From NCBI GenBank assembly GCA_024635485.1, contig JAGXIV010000036.1, positions 18,663-82,662 on the forward strand: 64,000 bases of DNA. Reading direction: 5' to 3'. The first letter of the stretch is position 1. The number at the start of each line of letters is the position of its first letter. This document shows, piece after piece, positions 1 through 11,255 of the stretch. Below the pieces are notes generated by a model that saw only the letters and a list, made by a program, of their open reading frames with translations, searched no databases and was not told the DNA's origin. The translations under genes and the position numbers were made by a program. The stretch is from a bacterium. GTDB taxonomy: Bacteria; Patescibacteriota; Gracilibacteria; BD1-5; UBA6164.

Positions 1-1808
1 AATAATGGATATTTTCCATCAGTTTTAAAGAGAAAATCACACATTTGTAGAGATTCAAACAAAGCATTTACTGCAGCACTTGAATATTCTCTGAGTGCTC
101 CATAATGCTCATATAAATCTAAATTCCAGTCAGAAATTCTCTTTTCGTTGCTTCCAAGTAGGACTTTTGCTATCAGTGTTTGACCAAATTTCTCATTGTA
201 TTTTTTTACTGTTTCAAGAATAATTCCGTAACTACTGGCTGGAACGAGCTTATCTTTTTGTTCACTCGTAAATTTATTTCACTCGAGACAATAATCACAG
301 AGTCCACAATTATCTTTGAGATTTTTTACATCCTCTACATCTCCAAAGTATTCTAAAATAAATCTTTTTCTACAACTTGGATAAAACAAAAGCCTTTTAA
401 TTTGTTCGAGCTTAAAATAGGCTTCATCTTTGAGGAGCTCTTGTCGCTTCCAATCAATCATGAGATGTGCGTGCTGTCTCTTTTCTTGAAGCAGTGTCAA
501 TCATCGTCATCTAAAATCTGATTCTCGGTCTGTTTCCTCAAGTCACCTACGAAGTACATTATATTTTTCCAAAATTTTTATAATACTCCCAACAATCATA
601 TCATTTCCAACTCCAGATTCACTGGCCATAACATAGTATGTTTTTGCAACTCTCGTCCCTGAACCTTCTCAAATTTTTGATTCTTTATAGAGATAATCAT
701 AAAAATCTAAAATAAGTTTTTTTTCTGGATAAGTATTATCAATAAAAAATTCTTGAATTTTCGTATCTCCATAACTTGCAAGTACAATCCCATAACTCAT
801 TCTCGCGTCACGTCCAGCTCTCCCAACTTCTTGATAATAATTTTCTATACTACCAGGCAGATTGTAGTGGATGACAAAACGAATATCTTTTTTATCAATT
901 CCCATACCAAAGGCATTGGTGGCTACCATGACTTTATACTGGTCATTCATGAATTTATTTTGTTCTGATTCTCTGACATCAGCTGATAAATCTCATTTAT
1001 AGACTCCCGTTTTAATTGATTTTGAAAGCAAGTATTCACTCAGTTCAATCACATGCTTTCGACTCGAACAATATATAATCCCAGTTCCAGGAGTTTTTTC
1101 TATAATTTCAAGAACTTTTTTTTGCTTATCTTCTTTTGCTGAAATTTCTCGAACTACGAGAATAATATTTTTTCGATCAAAACCTGAAATAAATTCTTTA
1201 TAACTTTTTAAGCCAAGTCTTTCTACTATATCTTTTCTTACTTTCAGCGTTGCGGTTGCAGTTAATCCAATAATTGGAAAATTTCTCTGAGAACCAGAAA
1301 GGCTCTCAATGAAAGTTTTAATTTTCATATAACTTGGACGAAAATCATGTCCCCACTGAGAAATACAGTGCGCTTCATCTATGGCAACGGCTGCGATTTT
1401 TACCGTTTTTAAAATCCCAATAAACTCATTTGAATTGAGTCGCTCAGGAGCAATGTAGAGAAATTTAATAGGGTTCTCATCATCATTTGAAAAATACCTT
1501 AGCTCGTGCAAGATATCTTGTTTTTCACGTCCAGAAAGAGTCGAATTAATAAGTTCGGCTCGAATTCAAAGTTCACGAAGACTATCAACCTGATCTTTCA
1601 TAAGAGAAATAAGAGGAGAAATAACAATCGTAATTCCTTCTCGTACCATTCCAGGAAGTTGATAGGTTAAAGACTTTCATCCTCATGTCGGCATAAAAAC
1701 AAGCGTATCTTTTCACGCAACGATATGCTCTATTATTTCTTGTTGTCAGTCACGAAATGACTCCAGACCAAAGACATTCTGAAGGATATTTTCTATATTT
1801 TTTTGCAT
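1..1808 (-). CDS. recQ: ATP-dependent DNA helicase RecQ (C-terminal end lies beyond the window start)
   Basis: Track fragments 279-500, 669-950 and 993-1511 share one frame and are separated only by TGA. With TGA=Gly they give [11 protein letters not shown], Walker A MPT-G-G-GKS (two Gly are TGA), [17 protein letters not shown] and the zinc finger CRKRF..CGLCDYC. ATG at 1808. I translated the frame codon by codon and it stays open down to base 3. Confidence 0.9.
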
Positions 1809-1924
1809 AGACCCATTATGCTCCATTTGTTTTTTAATTCAACTGAAATACAAATAATTTACTTAATTTTGAAGCGTGAAAATAAAATGGTACAATGAAT
1901 ATATACATTCAAATAATTTAAAAA

Positions 1925-2461
1925 ATGAGCATAGAACAATCTCCTGAAGAAAATGAGGAGTTAGAAATATTAGTAGAAAAAATAAATGTATTTTTTCTAC
2001 TTTCTGAAGGTGAAACTGAGGCATTAAAAATGACGAGTGAATGAAAAAGACATAAACAAATAGCACACGAATTGCAACTGACTGAGTCAGCAATAAAAGA
2101 AAGAATTAGATGAGCTAGAGAAAAAATTTCTAAAAATCAGAATTTTTCTTCGAGTTATGAAGGATTTTATTGAGAGATTAAGTGACTTGCAGAAGCTATT
2201 TCATTAATAATTTGACTCCACAAAAATGATATTTTGTCAGATAAAATATTATTTTTAGAATGAATGAAAATACTCACTATTATAAGCTCTGAAAATGGCA
2301 AAGAAAGAGCGTTTAAAATAAAAATTGACCATATAGCAAGAAAGGAAAATTGATTAAATAAGAAAGTTTCTGGTTCTAAGAAAAAATGATTAAATACGCA
2401 AGTTTCTGGTTCTAGGAAAAAATTTAAATGAAAGGTCCACAAAACTATTACTTCTTCATAA
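1925..2461 (+). CDS. LuxR/GerE-type HTH protein (178 aa)
   Basis: ATG 1925, TAA 2459-2461, several in-frame TGA. The N-terminal HTH reads LSEGETEALKMTSE-G-KRHKQIAHELQLTESAIKERIR-G-AREKI. The rest has no domain I recognise. Confidence 0.6.
2351..2422 (+). repeat. 36-bp tandem duplication inside the 3' end of the LuxR-type gene
   Basis: tgattaaataagaaagtttctggttctaagaaaaaa is followed by tgattaaatacgcaagtttctggttctaggaaaaaa. They encode GLNKKVSGSKKK and GLNTQVSGSRKK. Confidence 0.7.
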
Positions 2462-4286
2462 CTTCATTTCCGATTTCTTTATATTTTTCGTAATATTCTT
2501 CCACAAATTTTCTACATTTTTTATCATTTGGAAGATACACTCAATTTTCTTTTACAACAAATTCATAGAGGAAATTTCCTGCTTCCATTTGATTTAAGTA
2601 GGTGAAAATGAGTTGTGTATAGGTTCCAGTGAGTAAATCTTTAAAAATACTGAGCGTTTCAGGCGAATAGTGAAAAGAAATTTTTCCAAACCTATAAGTC
2701 AAAATTCATGATTCAAAAAGAACGTGAAGATGAATGAGGCATTCACAATAATACGGAAGAATATCCTCAACTTCTCTATATCTCATCATTCGAATAGAAC
2801 GAACGAGATAGGTAATAAGAACATCTTCATCAAGCTCAGTATTTCATCCAGCGATAAAATAAGCTACTATTCATCCAGCTGTTGCCTTAAATTCTTCTAT
2901 ATTTTTAAAAAGTCATTTTTCCCCCATGGCAAGTTCACTTTGAGGAGTGAGCCAGAGCGTGTGCCCAAATTCATGACCAATAGTTTCTATATCATAAATT
3001 TCATAATATCTGTTTGCATCTCAGGCTAGAAAAGCTCTATATTTTTCTAAAATTTGACTATCTATCATCTCATAATCAAGCTTCATTTTAGGAGCTGATT
3101 TTTGTGATTCAAGGACGTACTTTGGGAAGGCAAAGATTTTCTTTCCGTAGATTTTACTGACTTCTCCATCATTTGGAACGACTTGAGCACTGTAGGCTCA
3201 AGTTAAAAATGAAGCGTACTGTAACACAGGAGCTCAAATATAGAGTTGGACTTTTTTTTGATTCTGAAGTGAGTATTGATAACTTTCATTAAAATTCTCT
3301 CGTCCAATTTCATCAAACATCGCTTCATACATATGTTCGATATTTTTAGATACGTGAGATTCCATAAGACTTGGGTCTGAGAGTCGCATATCAAACTCTA
3401 TAGCCACACTTCGTCTATACGCATCATCATAATATTCCATGAGATGGCCTGGTTGTACCGGTGTATCAATATCCATCCAAAGAGTATCTACCTCACTCCA
3501 TTTTTGTACACAGTGGTTTACATTCGTTTCATTCAAAGCTTGTTGAACCGCTTTGAAATATGCAATATAGGCTTGTTTTTTATTATAGACTGGATCTTCA
3601 AGTTGTTCTAAATTTTTGATAAAAATATCATAGGCTTGTGATATTTTTCAAACTTCCTCTGGAAAAGCTTCTGCGTAACTGACAGAAGTGTATCACTCTC
3701 CTGATTTTTGTAATACTGAATAACATCTATCTGCAATTTCTCCATGATGTCCCAGGTCAAAGAGATTATTTTCTTCTAAGAAAAAAATAATTGCATCTTG
3801 ATTATCATTAAACTTTGCCTCAAGTTCTCTATTTTGTTCAAATAATATTTTTCTGTTCCAAACAAGAAAAAGATTACTATAGAGTTTACCAAGAGTATGA
3901 GTTCACTGAAATATTTCCATATAAAATTCTGGAAGAAGATTTTGAGATTTTAATTCGCTTAAGAAAATCTCTTGTTTTTCTTGATAATAGTGACTCACGT
4001 AGCTATAACTTTTCTCAAAAATCTCATCTCTCTGTTGTTGATTATATCAAAGTTTTGTAACATATACATCAAGTGATTCACATTTTTTATCTGAAAGTCG
4101 AGCACTCACAGCATATCTTGATGTTGCATTTTTTTCTAAGCCTAAATAATCAAGAAAATTATCTAGAATTTTTTGAGCAGCAAGATCGTCATGGACTCAA
4201 TTACTGAGCGTGTTGAAATGAGATTCAGTTGCTTCAAAGAGTCAGTGAATTTTTGTTATATTTTTTTCAAATTGTTCCTGTGTCAT
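2448..4286 (-). CDS. pepF: M3-family oligoendopeptidase F (612 aa)
   Basis: ATG 4286, TAA 2448-2450. Track ORF 3234-3536 is in frame. The zinc motif ETIGHEFGHTLW is encoded at 2952-2987. I translated the 3' 270 nt codon by codon without meeting TAA or TAG. Confidence 0.8.
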
Positions 4287-4302
4287 AAATATTATGTATC
4301 AA

Positions 4303-4330
4303 AAAAGTAGTATAAATACATACTACTTTT
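4303..4330 (-). terminator. Rho-independent terminator hairpin
   Basis: 10-bp stem aaaagtagta / tactactttt with an 8-nt loop, flanked by A and T runs. It lies just downstream of the 4365-4904 gene. Confidence 0.6.
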
Positions 4331-4364
4331 TGTTTATTAAATGTAAACCCGAGAATAATTTCTC

Positions 4365-4904
4365 TTATGCTCTATCTTTTGGTATAATTTTTAAAATTCT
4401 CCTGTCATGTAGTTGAATTCCTTCTCTATTGAGTTCTACGCGAAGAGTCCAGCTATATTTTTGTGGTTTTCAAGCCCTATTATAGTATCATCGATGTATG
4501 AGTTTTGTGTCGGTATCTTTTGTGAGTTCTGGAATCTCATCTAACTCAGGTAATGTAAAATCAAAGGTAAAATTTTGGCTGGTTCATGATACATAGTGCG
4601 CAGCATCTGCAAGTTCTTGAGAAAATCTTCTAATTTCCGATTTCATAGAATTCGATCGACCATGTGCATAGGCTACTTTTCTTTCACGTAAAATAAGATG
4701 AATAGAAACACCATCGGTATTCATATCTCTTTTTGTATGTAATCGTACACTTCCATGGATAATCTCTCCATAATGAAATACTTTTTGAGGAATGTTAATC
4801 TTAATATTTCCCTTCAAAAATTTCCTAAATTGCATACAAAGAATGTATCAAATTAAACCTAAAAAAACAAAGGCAAAAAGTGAAAGTATAAATATTTGTA
4901 GCAT
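4365..4904 (-). CDS. Hypothetical membrane-anchored protein (179 aa)
   Basis: ATG 4904 gives an N-terminal TM helix MLQIFILSLFAFVFLGLI-G-YIL. Track ORF 4584-4835 is in frame. It extends through 3 TGA over exactly 74 codons to TAA 4365-4367. Confidence 0.5.
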
Positions 4905-4967
4905 AATAAAAGACTAAGAAGTATCTTAGTCTCTAATTATAGGAATTTTATTTAAAATTGCGAGTGA

Positions 4968-6794
4968 TTATTTTTTCCATCCGTAACTATTTCCTCCAGA
5001 ATCACGTGATGAGCCACTCGAAGAATTTCTTGATCGACTTGCTCAAGCTCCTTTGTATCCCGAACCACCAGAACTTCGACCTCCTCCAGAGAAGCCACTT
5101 CAACCTCCTTTGTATCCTGAACCTCCTGAGCTTCGACCTCCTCCAGAGAAGCCACTTCAACCTCCTGAAAATCCTCTACTACCTCCTCCTTCATTATTTC
5201 GAGACTTTGCTTGAACCACGAGTGGTTTTACTCTATCTTTTGCTTTATAAAAATCAAGAACTTGTTGCGCGATATCTTGTTGGAGATTCATATAAGAAAA
5301 TTTTTCGAGAACGTCAATTTTTCCAACATCACCAAGTCGAATCCCTACTTCTTCTTCGAGCATTCTGATTAAACTTCCAGGATCAAGATTATCCATTTTT
5401 CCTTTTGCGATAAAGATTCTTTGTTCTCCGTTTGGAGCCATTTGTGGAGTTTCAGCAATAATATTATATGATTTTTCATCAAACTTATCTGCGTGAGCAT
5501 CTTTGAGAATTGCAGCAAGTACAATTTCTGGAGTTCCTAGTTCGAGTAAACTTTTTGCCATTGATTCAAAATCTGAAAGTTTTGCATCACTGATAAGGTT
5601 TCAAATATTTTCAACCATTCTCTTTTTTTGTATTTCTACTACTTCTTTTGCTCCAGGAACTTGTCCTTTTGTCATTTTTTGTTTGAGAAGTCTTTCAATT
5701 CCAAAGAGTTTTCTACTATCTGTTCGTGAAACGAAGTTAATAGCAGTCCCAGTCTTCCCAGCTCGAGCCGTTCGACCAATTCTATGTGTGTACACTTCAG
5801 CATTATCTGGAAGAGAATAGTTTACGACGTGAGTCAGGTCTTCAACATCGATTCCTCGAGCTGCAACATCAGTAGCTACGAGAATAGATATTTTTTTAGA
5901 TTTAAATCGTGCAAGTACTTTTTCTCTGTTTTTTTGTTCAATATCACCGTGAATTGCTTCAGCTTTGATTCCTCGACCAATAAGTTTTGATGCTACTTCA
6001 TCAACATCCATTTTTGTTTTACAAAATACGATTCCATAAAAATCTTCTGTCATATCAATCACTCGAGAAAGAGCTTCAAACTTATTTCTTGGAGCTACCT
6101 CGTAGTAAATTTGTGTAATTCTATCTGAAATAGTTGTTTTCGATTGAATCGCAACAGTATCATAATTATGCATATATTTTTTCGCAAGCATAAGAATTTC
6201 TCTTGGCATAGTTGCAGAAAAAAGAAGCGTTTTTTTATTGTCTGGAGTATGAGTCAAGATTTCTTCGATTTCTTCTCGAAACCCAATATTGAGCATTTCA
6301 TCAGCTTCATCTAAAATGAAATAAGCTATATTTGAAAGGTCGAGAGTTCTTTTTGTAATAAGGTGATCCTTTACTCTTCCTGGTGTTCCAACTACAATAT
6401 GTGCTCAATTTTTTAATTCTCGAAGTTCATCTCGAATATTTTGTCCTCCGTAGAGAAGTGTGATTTTTACTTTTGGATCAGCAAATGACTTAATCTCATT
6501 AGCTACTTGAATCGCAAGTTCTCGAGTTGGAGCTAAAATCATAGCCTGAACTCATCTTGCAGAAATATCGAGTCTATCTAAAAGTGGAAGTCCAAATGCT
6601 GCAGTCTTCCCTGTTCCTGTTTGTGCTTGACCAACGATATCGTTGTCACCATTGAGCAGAAGTGGAATAACTCCCGCTTGAATATCTGAAGGATGAATAT
6701 ATCATTTTTTTTCAATTGCCGAGAGAAGTTTTTCTGAAAGACCTAAGTCTCTAAAAGTAATTTTATTCTCAGGAGTCGCTGTTGTTTCTGTCAT
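4968..6794 (-). CDS. DEAD-box ATP-dependent RNA helicase with DbpA-type RNA-binding domain and Gly/Arg/Ser tail (608 aa)
   Basis: ATG 6794. Motifs [25 protein letters not shown] and [10 protein letters not shown] are present. Track ORFs 5601-6296 and 5157-5561 are in frame. The tail runs through 3 TGA to TAA 4968-4970 (64 codons counted). Confidence 0.9.
5048..5161 (-). repeat. 57-bp tandem duplication encoding the RGG-like tail unit
   Basis: The unit encodes [19 protein letters not shown], and the first Gly of each copy is a TGA codon. The two copies are adjacent and differ at a few bases. Confidence 0.7.
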
Positions 6795-6814
6795 GTAAAA
6801 TTTTTACAAAAAAT

Positions 6815-6926
6815 AAAAGAGACACAATCCTAAAGCCTCGAAAGCCGTAGGAACCTACATACAAAATACTAAAAAATCTCGCAGTGAAGAGATTTCCAAG
6901 TGTATTTCGCGTGTGGAGTGTCTCTT
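6815..6926 (-). promoter_or_regulatory. Structured 5' leader of the DEAD-box helicase gene (candidate attenuator or thermosensor)
   Basis: A long-range 9-bp pairing joins aagagacac (6816-6824) and gtgtctctt (6917-6925). It encloses an inner hairpin aaatctc..gagattt. On the mRNA strand both hairpins are followed by U runs, and the second ends about 20 nt before the ATG. Confidence 0.3.
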
Positions 6927-7073
6927 CTAAATGGTCATCAGTAATTGCTTACCGATGTATGTCGACGCAGACTATACAAAAATATTTTATGATTGCAAGT
7001 TTTAATTTCAATTATTTGCCAAATAATAAATAATATGTTTAAATATAAATATATTACTTATTAAAAATTAATT

Positions 7074-7514
7074 ATGGCATTAGACGCAACTCATTTCTGA
7101 GGACAAATACTTGATACAAAAGAAGCAGTTTGAGCACTTAATCCTTATGGAAGTATTTCTAGTTGATATGAAAAAAATTCATTACAAAAAGAATATTTTG
7201 ATAATTTGGAAAGTGCAATCCAAAGTAAAGTTGAAACACTTTCAGCTTATCTTTATAAAAGACAAGATTTACTTGATGCGATTACGTATCAAATAGAGCA
7301 AGGAAATACTTTCAATGCTGAAACAATGATGATGCAAATAGTTGAATCAATTAAGAGAGTAAAAAAGGATGAAACTAAAATGGAATACTTTGAGGCTATT
7401 CATGATCTAATTGAAATACTCAAACTCTCAAATTTTGGTGACCAAATAGATGCTACAAGAAATAGAGTAAAAGAAGTATTAGAATGAGAACAACAAGAAC
7501 GACTCGCAGCGTAA
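7074..7514 (+). CDS. Hypothetical protein (146 aa)
   Basis: ATG 7074 is in frame with track ORF 7206-7487, whose 'M' is actually TTG. There are 4 in-frame TGA, ending at TAA 7512-7514. No recognisable motif. Confidence 0.5.
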
Positions 7515-7531
7515 ATAAAATTTTTAAAATA

Positions 7532-7560
7532 AAAAATCCTCTTAAATGAGGATTTTTTTT
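7532..7560. terminator. Bidirectional terminator hairpin
   Basis: The stem aaatcctc / gaggattt has an A run before it and a T run after it. It sits between convergent genes. Confidence 0.65.
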
Positions 7561-7768
7561 AAAGTTTTATTCTTCGGAGTAAAACTCCAGAACCAAAAAC
7601 TACTAAAATAATATAAATCCAAATATTTCCTGTGAGTAATACTGGGAATATCTTAGCAAGGATAATTCAGACAATAACCATGATAAGCTTAAAGAGTGCA
7701 ACTTCTTCTAGAGAAAAAGTATGGACTACTTTCATGGAAGCTTGAATATATTTTTGTATGTAGGTCAT
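7559..7768 (-). CDS. Small membrane protein (69 aa)
   Basis: ATG 7768, TAA 7559-7561, one TGA. Hydrophobic segments: VALFKLIMVIV-G-IILAKIFPVLL and IWIYIILVVFGSGVLL. Confidence 0.4.
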
Positions 7769-7813
7769 ATACTTAGGATTTATTAGTAAATTATGCAGAT
7801 TAGACCCTAGTCT

Positions 7814-8440
7814 TTAATTTCCTATTAATAATGAAAACGTAGTAAAAAGCATAGAAAAAAATATTCCGAAAACAACAAATCAAATTATAATCAGTAGCAT
7901 TGATTTTTTTGAAACATTATTCAAGTACGCTAATCGTTTGATCAATATAATAAAATAAAAGATTGCAAATATCAGAATCGGAAAAATTGCAATATAGAGT
8001 GGAGCTGAAAATACTGAATAAGCAGCTGTTTCTGGCAAGAATTTTAATGAAGGAACTATCATTTTTTCTAAAATGAAAGTCACTCAAAATTTATTCCATA
8101 ATTGAAATACTGGAATTAATATCACATATACTATTACAATGATGGTAGAAATAATAGAAATTAACAAAATATTATTTAATACTTTTTCAAATATATTTCA
8201 TTCTGATTTTTTAATAAATCTCCCAATAGCAAATATAGAAATAATATATATCGGTAAAATAAAAAAACCTATCAAATTTTCATATCAACTTAAAAATATT
8301 TGTATAAAGAATTCAACTATTACTATCAATACTACAATTCAAAATTTAATTTTTTTATCTAATCAGATAATTGCATCAATAACTTTTGTAGGAATTATAG
8401 ATAAACTTAATATATTTTTTAGAAAATTTAGCACAAACAT
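7814..8440 (-). CDS. Multi-pass integral membrane protein (208 aa)
   Basis: ATG 8440 is in frame with track ORF 7880-8083. It runs through several TGA to TAA 7814-7816. Several hydrophobic helices are visible. The plus-strand ORF 8139-8495 is its antisense shadow. Confidence 0.5.
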
Positions 8441-8504
8441 GGTAGAAGTTTATAGTATAAATTTTATTTATAGTATCTATTTAGAAGAAATTTGATAATT
8501 TTTT

Positions 8505-8532
8505 TTGACACTCAGAAAATAATAAATATATT
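8505..8532 (+). promoter_or_regulatory. Sigma-70-like promoter upstream of the Fur-family gene
   Basis: TTGACA (8505-8510), a 16-nt spacer, then TATATT (8527-8532). Confidence 0.4.
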
Positions 8533-8563
8533 ATATTTACTTAATTGATACTAAGTCGCAATT

Positions 8564-8962
8564 ATGAATATTGAACATATACTAAAACAACATAAAAAAA
8601 ATGTAACTCCAGAAAGAATTCAACTCTTTGAATCGATGGACGCAAAACATATTTTCTCAGCGAGTGATATTGAAGCAGAATTTCCAAAACTCTCTCGAGC
8701 AAGTATTTTTAGAACCCTGAAGCTCTTTTTGGAACTGTGAGTGCTTCGAAGACTTCCTCTCTGAGAAAATGGTGATATGTATGAAATAGAACATGAGCAT
8801 CATCACCACGAGCATATGAAGTGTCAGACTTGTGGAGATATACTGAGTTTTGATTCTGAAGGAATATGCCAAAAAATATTTGAAGCTGCAAAAAAACAAT
8901 GATTTATAATATCAGAGCATTCACTCTGAATATTTGGGACATGTAAAAAATGTATTTCTTAA
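8564..8962 (+). CDS. Fur-family metalloregulator (132 aa), possibly Zur given the adjacent ZIP gene
   Basis: The winged-helix part reads ASIFRTLKLFLEL-G-VLRRL. The metal sites read EHEHHHHEHMKCQTCG and GTCKKC. TAA at 8960-8962. Confidence 0.8.
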
Positions 8963-8969
8963 AAAAAGA

Positions 8970-9233
8970 ATGATTATGAATAAATATTGGTTTCGACAAA
9001 AAAATTATGGCTATGGATTCACTCCTATTAGTTGGGAATGATGGCTGATGACAATCCTGCTTGCTATACTCATTGTATGGATGGTACGATTACAAATAAA
9101 TATTATTGCTGAAAATTTTATAGGTTTATTAATCGTTCTTCTTGAAATTGCTATTGTCTCAATAATATTTTTAAAACTCTCTCAAAAAAGAAGTACATGA
9201 ACTCTCGGCTGGAGATGGGGAAATAAAAAATAA
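8970..9233 (+). CDS. Small membrane protein (87 aa)
   Basis: ATG at 8970 (or 8976). Two hydrophobic helices: WLMTILLAILIVWMV and FIGLLIVLLEIAIVSIIFL. TAA 9231-9233. Confidence 0.4.
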
Positions 9234-9299
9234 TTTTCTCTATTTGAAAATAAAAAAGTATTTGTAGTATCACACTACGTATTATTGATATGTAATAAA

Positions 9300-10040
9300 A
9301 TGTCTTATCTTGTCCCCTTTATTCTGCTTATAGCTATTTCATCAAGTTGATTTTTTCTGTACGGAAAAAAGAAAATTTCTAGATGTATTTTAAATATGCT
9401 CATTGGCCTATGAGCGGGTTCTATGATTTCTCTGGCACTCGTGCATATTTTCCCAGAAGCTCTTGAAGAAAATGCTTTTGCTGTCTATAGCTTTATTACT
9501 GGATTTTTACTCATATATTTAGTAGAAGAATTTCTCACTCCTCATCATCACGATCATGAACATGGAAATCATAGTCACGAAGATCCACATGAACATTATG
9601 ATCACGTTGCCATGGTCTCCTTTATTTGAGTCTTCATTCATACGCTATTTGATGGAGTATGAATAAGAGCCTGATTTTGATTCTCACCAGAGATTTGTTA
9701 TGCAGCAATATTTGCAGTCGCCTTACATCAAATCCCTGTGTCCCTTTCTCTTGCTGCTATATTTCGTGAAAGTAAATTTTCAAAACATATTCAACTCATA
9801 CTTCTCTGACTTTTTGCCATAAGCTCAAGTATTGGTTTTTTGATTTCAGATGTAATATTTATGTTTATGAGTGAAAATATAATCCCAGTAATTGCAGCTT
9901 TTGCTGGAGGTTCTCTTCTCTATATTGCAACGACTGATCTCATGCCTGTGATTCATGCCCAGAATCAAAAAAAATATCTCAGCATCATTTCTTTTCTCAT
10001 AGGATGTATCTGAATGACTCTGATAAAATTCTTTGAATAA
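9300..10040 (+). CDS. ZIP-family divalent metal (zinc) transporter (246 aa)
   Basis: Track ORF 9423-9629 is in frame. There is a His-rich loop HHHDHEHGNHSHEDPHEHYDH and ZupT-like helices (HTLFD-G-V-G-I, ALHQIPVSLSLAA). TAA 10038-10040. Confidence 0.8.
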
Positions 10041-10043
10041 TAA

Positions 10044-10069
10044 AAAAACTCGCAAACGCGAGTTTTTTT
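10044..10069. terminator. Bidirectional terminator hairpin
   Basis: aaaaactcgc-aaac-gcgagttttt, between convergent genes. Confidence 0.7.
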
Positions 10070-10073
10070 ATTA

Positions 10074-10580
10074 TTAATTTCTTTCTGCTTGAAAAATATA
10101 GTAATCATAGCCAATAACAGAAGCAGCATAATTCAGAACGGCTACTGTTTTAGAATCTGCAGAATTATTATCTTTCTGCTTTTGAATTTTTTGAACAATA
10201 GCTGGAAAAAAAGATTTTTTTATATAGCTTCTCCCCTTTTCATTCAAAGCTTCGTCTCTATATGCTTCTCAAGTATTGGTACCCGAATAATAATTATTTT
10301 TTTTGAAATATGATTTCATAATAGCAAAAATTCTATCTTGTTCTGCTGAAGTAAGTTCTTGCGTTTCTATACAATTTCCATCATAGGCAGTTGGAATCAT
10401 CCAGTCACTGGTATCACTTTTTCCTTGTGAAATCGTCGTAAAGCTTTCACCACTAATACTACATACTGGATCAATAGTAGTGTTTGCAAAACGAGCTTGA
10501 TCTCACATATCTGCTGCTTGAGCTCCTGCAAATGAAGCTAAAATAGTTCATACAACAAAAGTTCCTATATATTTTTTCAT
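10074..10580 (-). CDS. Secreted hypothetical protein (168 aa)
   Basis: ATG 10580. Signal peptide MKKYIGTFVV-G-TILASFAGAQA. I checked the whole frame triplet by triplet and found no TAA or TAG before 10074-10076. Confidence 0.5.
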
Positions 10581-10711
10581 TCTAATACATTTAAAAAATA
10601 AACTTCTTATGTAGTATAACGAAGAACTAATAATTGAGTGACAAAAAAGAATAAAAAAATTATTACATTTTTCTTACATCTTAGCCTTAGAATAGTTTCT
10701 ATTAATTATTA

Positions 10712-11212
10712 ATGAACAACATTATGGCACACAACGACCACGCAAATATTGGACTTGAAAGCGCTGATATTCAAAAAATTTCAGATATTTTACAAAAATA
10801 TCTTGCTACTGAGATAGCACTCAATCTCAAAATCAGAAACTATCATTGGAATGTAGAAGGAGCTATGTTTCGAGATCTTCATTTATTTTTCGAAGGACTC
10901 TATAACGACGGAGCGCAGTACGCTGATGAAGTAGCTGAAAGAATAAGAATGCTTGGAGTACATACTCACGCAAGTATGGCTGAATATATTGAAATGACCA
11001 TCATTTCAGAAGAAAAAAATATTAGCCTTCCTGCTATGGAAATGCTCGCTAATTTGCTTAAAGATACTGAAACTATCATACGAGAAATGAGAAAGGACAT
11101 AGATATAGTGTGAAAAATGGGTGATCAAGGAACCGAAGACTTTCTTACGGCACTCATCCAAAAACATGAAAAAGATGGTTGGATGATTCGAAGTTTATGT
11201 AAAAATAAATAA
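10712..11212 (+). CDS. dps: Dps-family DNA-protection/ferritin-like protein (166 aa)
   Basis: Track ORF 10712-11113 carries NYHWNVEGAMFRDLHLFFEGLY and ADEVAERIRMLG. It continues through one TGA to TAA 11210-11212. Confidence 0.85.
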
Positions 11213-11224
11213 TCTAAAAAAACT

Positions 11225-11252
11225 AAAAAATCTCGCAGTAGCGAGATTTTTT
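11225..11252. terminator. Bidirectional terminator hairpin
   Basis: aaaatctcgc-agta-gcgagatttt, between convergent genes. Confidence 0.7.
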
Positions 11253-11255
11253 AGT

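Noticed and set aside
4952-5368. I looked at track ORFs 4952-5194 (-) and 4958-5368 (+), which encode E/V-rich or L-rich repeats.
   Set aside because: They are alternative-frame and antisense readings of the Gly-rich 57-bp duplication. The helicase frame continues through TGA codons to TAA at 4968-4970.
6795-7073. I considered whether the structured region is an SRP (4.5S) or 6S RNA gene.
   Set aside because: The two arms do not pair along their length as an SRP hairpin would. I could not find the conserved SRP apical motifs, and the region is too short and irregular for 6S RNA. I kept it only as a candidate cis-regulatory leader.
8139-8495. I looked at track ORF 8139-8495 (+, 118 aa) as a possible gene.
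   Set aside because: It lies antisense to a continuous 208-aa multi-pass membrane protein on the minus strand (7814-8440). That minus-strand protein has a proper ATG and a TAA stop.
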